Of a stretch of 64,000 nucleotides of DNA, positions 37,313 to 46,947 are shown piece after piece. A model generated the notes under the pieces. That model ran no database searches, was not told the DNA's origin, and saw only the letters and a list, made by a program, of their open reading frames with translations. Each line of letters opens with the position of its first letter. The stretch's first letter is position 1. The stretch is taken from contig JBHGNT010000011.1 of the NCBI GenBank assembly GCA_043228905.1, positions 19,964,001-20,028,000 of the forward strand, given 5' to 3'. The stretch comes from Azolla caroliniana. Its lineage: Eukaryota; Plantae; Polypodiophyta. The position numbers and the translations under genes are program-made.

Positions 37313-40286
37313 TTAGCCTTCGTCCAAGATATCCAGAATACTCTGCTCTAGGGTATCCAATGCTTCTTCGGAAATATGTTGTTGCTGTGGCCGCTGCTCC
37401 GGATCCTCCGACTCTTGCTCCTTGGATGGCGTCTGATCGGCTCCCGGTACCGGTGGTTGTGGCGGTAATTCCTTTGTCAGCTGCTTTGCTGGATTTGACT
37501 CCGGTTGACTCGCCTCGGCCTTGTCTCCGTCTAGTCCTTGCCTCGGCGATGGCTCCTCATTGTTGAGGTTGACGGTCGCCGCCTGCTTTGCTTCTGCTTT
37601 CCGTAGCTTGGTCTGCTCATAACTTTCAAACTGGATTTGAGCATCCAGTCGATCATCGTCCAACTGTGCTACCAGTTGCCGGACCACTATTGACTGTTCC
37701 TCCGCCAGAGTTACAAAATCTTCTGCTAACTCATCTCTTACGGCGGTGAAGTCCTCCTTTGTTAGCATGTCGCAGTCGTCGCCCTCCTTCTGCCGGTTTT
37801 CCGCGTCCGCCCTTAGCAAGTGGAGCTCGGCTGTGTGCTTTGCCCATTTGTCCCACCATTGCGCGGAGCTTTCGTCAATCAAGCGTTTTGTCTTGTTCCT
37901 CCATGCCTGGACAATGAATTGGATCCGCTCCAGTCCCATCTTCGATTTGTCCTCCGCGACTTGTCGTTCTTCCTTCAATTGCTTGATCAACGTCACCGTG
38001 TTCGCCTCCTGCTCCTAGTAATGTGACAATTGGTTTTGGTATGTGATCTGCAACCTCTGCAATACCATTGCCGCTCTTTCCTTTTCTTCATAATGCTGCT
38101 TATGGAACTCCATACGTTCCTACGCGGCTTCCTCCAGTAGCGTGGTTCTTTCAGCTCGTTCCTCCGCTAGCACTGTTTTAGCTCGATGAACCTCCTGCCG
38201 GAGCTCTGTCATCTTCTCCTACCGCTTCTTATGCTCCGTATCCAGGTGCTTGTAGTCCCGGTGCAGGTGCTCAAAATCATCGGTCTTCAACTTCAGCTTC
38301 TGGTTGAGTTGCCGGCGAGCGCGGTCTTCCCGATCCTTCTGTTGACGGAGTTCTTCTTTAAGTCTTTCAATCTTCGTTTCCGCCATCCGTCGCAACTTCT
38401 CCTTTTCTTGCAGCACTTTCTCTTTCTCCTCCTTAAGCCGGTGATATGCCTGATGTCCTTTCTGCAGATTCTTTTCTGCCCGACGGAGGTTCTCAACAGT
38501 CTTTCTTTGCTATTCTTCTGCCGCTTTCTTCAAGTCCCTTTCCCGGTTGCGTAATGCTTCTTGTGCGGCCAATTCATCTTTCAATTCAGCAAGCTTGCGC
38601 CACCACTATCTTCGGGATTGGTTCTGTCTCCGGGGTCTTATTACTATGTACAAGTGCTGGAGTGTCTTCATTTTGTACCTCTACCAGAGTCACCAGTGCT
38701 TGGAGCCGTGGTCCGGTTAAGGCCATTTTGGCCAATTCTTCTGTGGCCAGGTCCAAGTCTTGTTCTAGGCTCCGGATCCTCGACCGGGCCGTCTCTAGTT
38801 CTCCGATTGTGACTAGCAACCGGTCCATCTGCGCTTTCTCTTCCGCCTCTATGTAGTGCACCACTCCGGCAATCTGTTCTCCAATCCACCGGAGCCATTG
38901 GCTGCCGGTGCCCTGTTGTTGTGTCTGCCCGGAGGGTTGGCTATTGGTGTCGCTGGCCAGTGGTCGGTTTTGTCTGGTTGCGCCGAGCTGCAACTCTGTC
39001 TCTGGTTGGTGACCACTTTCCTGTTCTGGTTCCGGTTGCGGCTCCGTTGGCCACTCCGCCTCAGATTGCTCTTGACCTGCCAGTGGGGTAGGCAATTGTA
39101 CTTCCGACACTTGCATTTCGGGTCTTGCTGTATCCTGACCCGCCGGTATAGTTTGTTGTGCAGGGAGCTCTGTGACCGGTTTTGTCTGAATCGGTTCCAG
39201 TTCCACCCTTGGTGCGGGATGCTCAGTGCGGGGTAGAGGCGTTCCATCCTTCTTTGGGTCTGACCGCTCCCTGTCCTGTTCAGAGGTGCTTGCCTTCTGG
39301 TGCTACTGGAGGTGCTGTAACGGTTCCTTCTCTGCTTTCTCCTCCTGAGTCCCGATGTTGATTTTTGCTGCCAAGGGGTCCGACTCTTGTTGAACCGGTC
39401 GGTGAAGTCTGATCTTGATTGGCCGTGCCGATGTCTCCTCCTGCGTTTCCGCCTGCCGCTTCCTATTGGCGCACTCCTTTGCCGCCTAGTCCGTGTCGGC
39501 CGCCTTCCCTTTGGTTGCCTTAGAGGCCAACAACTGCTGCCGTTTCGAGGCCATTTTCGGGGTGCCTTCGTTTGTTCTTCCCTGCTTCGTGGTCTTGACG
39601 GGTTTGATAGGTGGTGCCAATAGGGTGAGCCATTGCGCCACTGCTGTCCATATCTTCCGACCCTCCTTGCCTCTTACGGAGTTGATGGCCGCACAAAGGC
39701 CATCCGCAATCAGTATCGGCCAGTCCACCTTCACGCCTTCATATGTTGCTATGATTAAGCCGGCTCGGTTCTGAGGCATGCAAGGGGGTCGAGGGTATAC
39801 ATGTCCAAATTCATGGAGCACATGGGCAATCTCTCGAAATAGTGGATCTTCGCCGCCCTATGTCCGGTAGGCCTTGCTGGCCAAAGAGTATTCCCAAAAA
39901 TATTTTCGGAGCTGCTCCGGGGTAGGGTTGTCGATAGTGAAGATGCCCCCCTCTGGAAGGCCAATCAAAGCATGGATGGCCTCCTCCGTGATCAGTTCCG
40001 TGTCGATTTCATTTACTATCTTCTCCGCCTCTCGGTGCGGTGGCGCCTCCATGATTGTGAGGAAACCTTCTAACCCGTGTTACCTTAGCCACTTCTTGGC
40101 TGCTTCAGAGAGTGCTTGGCAGTCCATGGCTTCTTCGAGGTCGGTGAGCGCTGGTGAGGGGTGTGTTTGAGGAGGCTTTGTGTGCGTGGGCTCATGTCTG
40201 ATGATCTTCAATCACATGTGCTCGTTTGTGCTCCTCTGTTCGCGAAATGTGAAGGCTTCCATACGGTGGGAGTTTTCTTGTTGCAT
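37313..40286 (-). pseudogene. A1 extra sense ORF downstream of pol (~990 codons; globular N-terminus, Pro/Glu/Gln linker, long coiled coil)
   Basis: ORF pieces 39858-40052, 39486-39821 and 38586-39206 share a frame with an ATG at 40286. Pieces 38219-38416 and 37313-37996 follow after one frameshift. Confidence 0.7.
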
Positions 40287-40588
40287 GTTGGTGCCTTTTT
40301 TCTGACTCGCGCGTGTGCACGTCGTGTACTAAAATGATGTGCCATGTGGCGGCGGTTTAATATCCTATTAATAGCCCGTTTCGTACCTTTTCAAGTGCCT
40401 GTTCACTCCTTGTTCTTGCATGTGTCCGTTCACACCTCACCCTTGCATGATTTACTTTGATTTTTTTTATTTTTATTATTAATATTATTATTATTATTAT
40501 TTTTAATTTTTTAATAAAATTGTTTGGTTAGTTCGCATCCAGTCCCGTCGGACCCCTATCCAAATTGTGGGACTTGCCGACCGTGGGA

Positions 40589-42579
40589 CTACCTGCCATC
40601 GCGGCGTTCTTGCCGTTTGCCGGCTCGTGCTCCCTCTTGCCGATTGCTAATTGTGGTGTCCGGTTTTGTGTCGGCCTTTACTTGTTCAAATGGGTTCCTT
40701 GGCATGGGTCCATTGTATGGTTTGAGTTGGAACCCATTGACCCATTTACCCATAACCTCGGCGGTGAGTGTCCCTAACTGGTACAAACCGTTGAACTCAC
40801 TTGTAATCCAGTATGGTTCGGTCCACTGAAACTGTAGCTTCCCCGGCATCTTACCCATCCGGGTTTGGAATACTAGTACCGGCTTACCGATTCCGAACAT
40901 CTTTTCGTTCCCTTTTCGGTGACGATCCACGAACGCTTTCCTTCGTCGCTGCTCTAGTTCTAGGTGCATGATGCTGGCTAGCCGGTGTTCTTCCAATTTG
41001 CACAGCACGGCTAACCGGATAGCTTCCGATTCCTTCTCATTTAGGGGTTCCCGAATCTGTATTCGTAAACTCGGTACCTGGAACTCGACCGACATCACTG
41101 TTTCCAATCCGAATGCTAGGCGAAACGATGTTATGCGAATACTTGTCTTATATGCCGTTCGGTAGGCTGAGAGTGCACTGTGTAGCTTTGTATCCCAATC
41201 CGTCCGGTTCTCATTGATGATTTTTCGAAGGATGTTCTGTAGTGTTTTATTTGTTGACTCGGCTATTCCGTTGGCTTGCGGATAATAGGGAGTGCTCCGT
41301 TTGTGCACCACTGCATAAAATGTCGTCAAACTTTCCACTACTTGCCCTAAGAAGTGCCCACCTTGGTCACTTATTAGCTCTATCGAACATCCATACCGGC
41401 ACCAGATGTATTCATATAAATTTTTTTTCGTGGATGCCGCGGTGTTGTCGCGTAGTGCTTTGGCTTCCACCCATTTTGTGCAATAATCCGTAGCTACAAT
41501 TACGTACTGGTTGCCGGTTCTCATTGCTGGTGGTTTGAATGGACCGACAAAATCCAGCCCCCATTTCTGAAATGGTTCTAACGGTAGCACGGGCTGGTGA
41601 GGCATCCTGGCTTGTTCGGTTGGTTGGCCCATTCGCTGACATAGGTCACATTCTTTAGCATACCAAACTGCATCTTTCAATGTTGTCGGCCACCATAGTC
41701 CACTCTACCATATTTTCCTTGCCGTAGCGTCTCTGGCATAATGTCCTCCAACCACTCCGTAGTGTGCTCGAAAATATTATTTCCTTTTCGTCGTTGCGCA
41801 CTGCACGCCGCCATATGCCATCTGCGCCTTTGTGGTACAATGTGTCCTGTAATAGACAGAAGTGCCGGCTTTGAACCGCTAAGCGTTTCCTTTCGTCTAT
41901 GTTCATCTCCTCCGGGGGTAAACCAGTGTTCAGAAATTGGTGCATGTTGGTGAGCCACTTGTCTTCCTCTGCGACCGTACCATCCGTTGCCGTTTCTAAT
42001 GTAACTCTAAACAGCTCTACATCCGGAAAGTTGTCTGGGATGCCGTCACCGGTTTCGCCGGAATCTAACCGGCTCAAATAGTCTGCTACCGCATGTTGTA
42101 TGCCGGGTCAGTGGAAAATCTCGAACTCAAATTCTTGTAATAGTAATGTCCACCGGGCCAGCTTACCAGTGAGTGATGCTTTGGACACCAAGTAGAGGAG
42201 CGCTGAATGATCTACGTGAAAGGAAAATTTCCTTCCCAACAGATAGTGCCTAAACTTGGTGACACTGTAGATCATACCCAAGGCCTCCCTTTCCATTGTG
42301 GAATAATTACGTTCTGCTTGGGACAACTCCCGGCTGGCATAATACACTAGTCGGTACCATTTCGGTTCTTTAAGTTGCATAAGCGCGCTCCCGATTGCGA
42401 TGTCAGACGTGTCAATGAACACATGGAACTCTTTAGACCAATTCGGAGGTTGCACCACCGACGCTTGTGACCACAATACTTTTAGTGCTCGGTAAGCTTG
42501 GTCTTCTGTGTCCGTCCATTGGAACGGTGTCCGATGTACCGCGGCATGCAATGGTGTAGCCAGGTCTGCCAGATACCGG
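40589..42579 (-). pseudogene. A1 pol: RT C-terminus, RNase H and integrase
   Basis: FHVFIDTSDIAIG, NYSTMEREAL, VDHSAL, CDLCQR, WGLDFVGP, LISDQG, YPQANGIAE motifs. Confidence 0.92.
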
Positions 42580-43449
42580 TGTCGAGATATTACGCAAGTG
42601 CGTGTGGAATAGAGGCGGGACCGCGGGGGTCTCGAACCAAAGAGCAAGCGAGGGAGGAGAAAGAGAGAGAACCGGCTACGCAGGACCGGGGATACACAGG
42701 GACACGGCCCTTCAGCACGGAGAACGCGAACAGACACCGACACAGACGGATGCGAATGACTAAATATGTGTATTAACAAAATGGCTAACACGACTACAAC
42801 CCCCGATGGGGCACAGGTTGGTTGCAACCGAACAGGCCGGCGAACAGATGCCGATGCCTGTTCGCTTCGACGCACAAACGGGGAAATGGGGGGGGGTAGC
42901 AGGTCGGAGGTGCTGCCGGAAGCACTCGGGCGTTCCTCGAAACAGCGCGAGCCTCCCCGGAACCCTGCACAGAAAGCTTTGGAGCTCAAGAAGGAAGGAA
43001 ACAGAGAGAGCGAAGCGTCCAGAAACGGTCCGACAGCACTTCGTCCTCTCCGCGCCAGATCCCTGCAACAGCTCTTTCCCGCTCCTTATATAGGCCGACG
43101 AACAGGCCGTCGTGTCAGCTTTATTCCTTGTCCCTTTTGGACAGGGATCCGCTCCGTTTTTCACGGATCCGCGTAGTTACGCCGCCGACTCGTACAGTTC
43201 GCGCGCGCGACCGAAAAGACTGTTCGCGCGGTCTTTGTCTCCACTTGAGTTAGGGCCCGTTCCTGCCGATTATCCTCTCAATTCGTTTCTATGTACAACT
43301 CGGAGCGTGCGCGCGTGAAGAACCGGTTCCCACGCCTTGGTGCGCCGATTCCGCCTATGGACGGTTTTCTTCACGACATCCGCCCCCACCTAACCGCGCA
43401 TCCTCCGGTATGCGCCAAGAGAGTTGGGACGGAGAAAACCGGCCCGTCT

Positions 43450-46400
43450 TCACTCCTCGCCCGTCGGTTCTTCTTCATTTTTGGATCGTTCGTCACTGCC
43501 GACCAGGAGAGCCGGGTCTGGCTCGTCGTCGTGTCGCTTCTTGAACGCTTTGATCCGCTTCCCTGCAACCGGTATCGCCATTCTCGTGCCGTCAAGTTCC
43601 GCCAGGTGATATGTCCCGTTGTCATTGGCGCTCCGTACCACGTAAGGCCCGAACCACCTTCGTGCGAACTTCCGTGTGGCTCGGTGCTGGTTGTCGAGGC
43701 TGCTGTCGTAGACGAGCACCCAGTCACCTTCTTCGATTTTCTTCGGTCGTAGCCGGTGCGTTCGGTCGAACCGGGCTTTGTTCTTTGTCCTCGCCACCCG
43801 GAGCTTCTCCGTAGCCAGTGCCACGTCCTCCGGCCTCCGCTCGAGCTGTCGTATACGTGCGACCAACAACTCCTCCCGGCTCATCTCGTCCCTCCAGTCG
43901 ACCGTTGCCCACGAGGAGATCGTCCGTTCAATCGGCATGATCGGCGTCTGGCCGAACATGAGCTCCGTCGGCATGTACCCGGTTACCGAACTGTGCGTGG
44001 TCCGGTCTGCCCACAAAGCATAAGGTAGCAGCCGCGGCCAGTCACCGGCTCGGCCTCCGCATGCCCGAACCAACGCCTTGACGATCGGTCCGTGTCCGCG
44101 CTCCACCTTTCCATTCGCCTCCGGATTGTACGCAGTGGTGAGCGAGAGCTGGACTCCCAGCCGGTCGAACAGCTCCGCGGCTTCTTCGGCGTCCAACTCC
44201 CCTCGGTCAGCCACGATCTTCCCGACGCACCCGTACCGGCATATCACGTCCTCGATTAGGAACCGGCATACGGCCGCGGTCGTTTTGTTTGGAAGGGCCC
44301 GGCCTTCCACTTGGTTCGTCAGATCCTCCCGCGCTAGGACCAGGTACCGCATCTGTCCTACCCCCATTGGCATCGTCACCAGATCTACCATCCATTTGAA
44401 GTGGATGGTCGGAGGGTACGTGGGGTGAAGCTCGTCCCGATGTCGGACTATGGAGTGCATCTGACAGCTCCCGCAAGTTGTCACGAACCGATGCACGTCC
44501 CGGTACTGCCCCGGCCACCAATACTTCCCCTTTAGTTTCTCAAACGTAGCCCATGTTCCACGGTGTCCAGCCCAAGGGCTGTCGTGGTAGGCCGTCAGCA
44601 GTTCCTCCTGTTCTTCCTTCATCGCCACCACTCGGAGCGGGACGCCGTCCCTCTTCTTCGGGTGCTTCCATAGATGCCCATCTCGGAGAAAGAATCGATA
44701 TGCTTTCTTCCGGATCCGGTTGGCCTCGTCCTTCGTCCATGACGCATCGGGCGTCATCGTCTTCAAAAACCCGCCGATCTGCAGCCATTCCCCGTCGTAC
44801 TTGCTCGCGTCGAACTCGTTAAGCGCCGGAGTGCTCATCCCGTCGGTCGTTATGTATGCCGCCTCGAAGAAATCCACGCCGACTTCTTCGTCTTCCGAAA
44901 CCATGCCGCCCTCGTCGTCGAACCTCGCCCTCGAAAGCATGTCGGCCATGGCGTTGTCTTTCCCGGAAATGTGTCGTATTTCCGGGTCCAGGGACTTGAT
45001 GTACGCTATCCACCTGAGCATCGCCAGGTCCGGAGTCGCGCATCCGGAAACCATACCGAGAATCGGCAGGCAATCCGTCTCGATGATCACTTCCGTCCCT
45101 ATCAGGTAGTCTTTGTCGGCCTTAACCGCCGAAACAATACCCCAGAGTTCGCGTTTAACCTGGGCGTATCCTCGCTGCCGTTCACTGAGGACTTTCGCGC
45201 CGAATCGGATCGGAAACCGATTGCCGTCCTCGTCTTCCTGGTTCACGACCCATCCGATCCCGGTCGGACTGGTATCCACCGTTATGAATACCGGGGTACC
45301 CTTCCCGTAAACCGCCTTCCGGAGTGCCGGTGCCGCTGCAAGGGCCTCTTTCAGCTTCCGGACCGATTCCGCGTGCTTGTCTAGCCATTCGAACCTTCGC
45401 CCCTTTTTCAGCAACCCGTACAGTGGCTCCGCGACGTGTGCGTAATGCGGGATCCATATGTGGTAGAACGCGCATGCCCCCAGGAATCTCCGTACTTCCG
45501 TGACCGAGCTGCAGTCGGGCTTCATCGCGGAGATGGCTTCTACCTTCGCCGGAGACGGTTTCCGGCCATATGGTCCGCACAGGTGTCCGACCACCATGAT
45601 TTCTGACTGCCCGAAGGCCGACTTCTCCCCGGAGAAGGTGAGTCTCGCATCCTCTAGCCTTTGCAGCACCTTCTCGCAGTCGTCGACGTGCGTCGCCACG
45701 AATCGCCGGCATCCGTCCGGCCCGATCGTCTCGTCCTTTTCTTCCACCGGGCATCCCTTGATCGGGATGTCGTCCAGAAACGGCATGGTAATGTCCGGGA
45801 CACAGTCCCTCAGAACCTTGTTCATCGCATTCACCATGTGGGCCACCGAGTTGGTCCCTCCTTGCGGCAGTGTACACATCCGAACTAGGCCGAGGGGAGT
45901 TCGCATCGTCGTAAGGTCTCTGCTCTCCACGGCCAGCTGGAACTGGTCGTACCCTGAGTATAGATCCCCGACCGAGTAAATTGACCTTCCGGCGAAGGCC
46001 TCCGCGAACTCGTCTATGGTCGGTCCGATTCCTGCGTTCCGAATGGTCACTCGATTGACCGGCTGCAGGTCCTGGATGAAGCGCAGCGAACCGTTTTTCT
46101 TCGGTACGGTAAACCATCGATTCGAATATGGGGCGCTCGACGGCTCGAGAATTCCCATATCAACTTTCTGCCTCAGCAGCTCCATCAACTTCGGGATGTG
46201 AGCTCTCGGAACCGGGATTGGCTTGAGATTCCATGGTACATGCGGTACCGTGAATATCACCATCGGCTCCACGATCGTCGGGTCAACGCACCCGATTTCC
46301 TCCGGCGAGAATGCGAAGGCTTTCCCGTGCCTTCCGAGCATTCTCCGAAACCGGTCTTCCTCCGCCGGCAGTAGGAACCCGCCCCCACCGATTTTGAGCT

Positions 46401-46941
46401 CTCGGAGCGTCTCGTCAGTGAAGGTGTGCCCTATGCAGGCCGGATCTCGTAGACTAGGGTCTGATGCAACCCCTTTGATTCTCGACGCGCTGTCCTCCGG
46501 TAAGGGTGCCGCTACTGGCCTTACCTTCCGGTCCACAGTCTTGTACTTGGTGTTTACGTGGGCCGTCCGAACTGACTCGAGCCCTCGACCGAAGTCCGCG
46601 ATGACTTCGTACATCTCCTCGGAACACACCGGTATCGTCCGGTCGTCGTTAAGGCCTTCTTCGACTACCTTTCCCAGCATTCCCAAGGTGTCGTCGAATG
46701 AGACCGCCTCCACGGCTCCGTTGATTTCCTCGTCCGGGCCGAGAACTCCGCACGCTCGAAGTCTCGCCTCCGTCTTTGTTTTCTCTCGGCCGGCGATGCC
46801 GACCATCGCACACGCTCCGTTGTCGGAGAACAAAAATTCCCTACCTATGGTACAAGGTTTCTTCGGTTTTATCGTACAGGTGTGGGGTTTTCCCGGGGTG
46901 TCCGGACTGTCGCGGCCCCACGCCTTGGCAGCCCTCTCTAA
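43450..46941 (-). CDS. G3 pol ORF (RT-RNase H-integrase), probably reached by -1 frameshift from gag-PR
   Basis: Open from just after TAA 46956-46954 to the stop at 43450. DLYSGY, LPQG, PFLDDI, TVDTS, ETDC, H-H-C-C, VADRG and GPY motifs; no chromodomain. Confidence 0.93.
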   Translation of the reverse strand, partial: LERAAKAWGRDSPDTPGKPHTCTIKPKKPCTIGREFLFSDNGACAMVGIAGREKTKTEARLRACGVLGPDEEINGAVEAVSFDDTLGMLGKVVEEGLNDDRTIPVCSEEMYEVIADFGRGLESVRTAHVNTKYKTVDRKVRPVAAPLPEDSASRIKGVASDPSLRDPACIGHTFTDETLRELKIGGGGFLLPAEEDRFRRMLGRHGKAFAFSPEEIGCVDPTIVEPMVIFTVPHVPWNLKPIPVPRAHIPKLMELLRQKVDMGILEPSSAPYSNRWFTVPKKNGSLRFIQDLQPVNRVTIRNAGIGPTIDEFAEAFAGRSIYSVGDLYSGYDQFQLAVESRDLTTMRTPLGLVRMCTLPQGGTNSVAHMVNAMNKVLRDCVPDITMPFLDDIPIKGCPVEEKDETIGPDGCRRFVATHVDDCEKVLQRLEDARLTFSGEKSAFGQSEIMVVGHLCGPYGRKPSPAKVEAISAMKPDCSSVTEVRRFLGACAFYHIWIPHYAHVAEPLYGLLKKGRRFEWLDKHAESVRKLKEALAAAPALRKAVYGKGTPVFITVDTSPTGIGWVVNQEDEDGNRFPIRFGAKVLSERQRGYAQVKRELWGIVSAVKADKDYLIGTEVIIETDCLPILGMVSGCATPDLAMLRWIAYIKSLDPEIRHISGKDNAMADMLSRARFDDEGGMVSEDEEVGVDFFEAAYITTDGMSTPALNEFDASKYDGEWLQIGGFLKTMTPDASWTKDEANRIRKKAYRFFLRDGHLWKHPKKRDGVPLRVVAMKEEQEELLTAYHDSPWAGHRGTWATFEKLKGKYWWPGQYRDVHRFVTTCGSCQMHSIVRHRDELHPTYPPTIHFKWMVDLVTMPMGVGQMRYLVLAREDLTNQVEGRALPNKTTAAVCRFLIEDVICRYGCVGKIVADRGELDAEEAAELFDRLGVQLSLTTAYNPEANGKVERGHGPIVKALVRACGGRAGDWPRLLPYALWADRTTHSSVTGYMPTELMFGQTPIMPIERTISSWATVDWRDEMSREELLVARIRQLERRPEDVALATEKLRVARTKNKARFDRTHRLRPKKIEEGDWVLVYDSSLDNQHRATRKFARRWFGPYVVRSANDNGTYHLAELDGTRMAIPVAGKRIKAFKKRHDDEPDPALLVGSDERSKNEEEPTGEE

Positions 46942-46947
46942 AAATCC
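46882..46947 (-). promoter_or_regulatory. Putative -1 programmed ribosomal frameshift signal (G_GAU_UUU, 6-nt spacer, stem/pseudoknot)
   Basis: Heptamer 46947-46941, stem GGGCUG/CAGUCC, loop GUGGGG complementary to CCCCAC at 46887-46882. Same architecture in G1 and G5. Confidence 0.8.

Noticed and set aside
46833-46940. Independent TTG start or stop-codon readthrough for G3 pol
   Set aside because: Readthrough of the TAG meets another in-frame stop, whereas the -1 frame is open and homologous in three elements.
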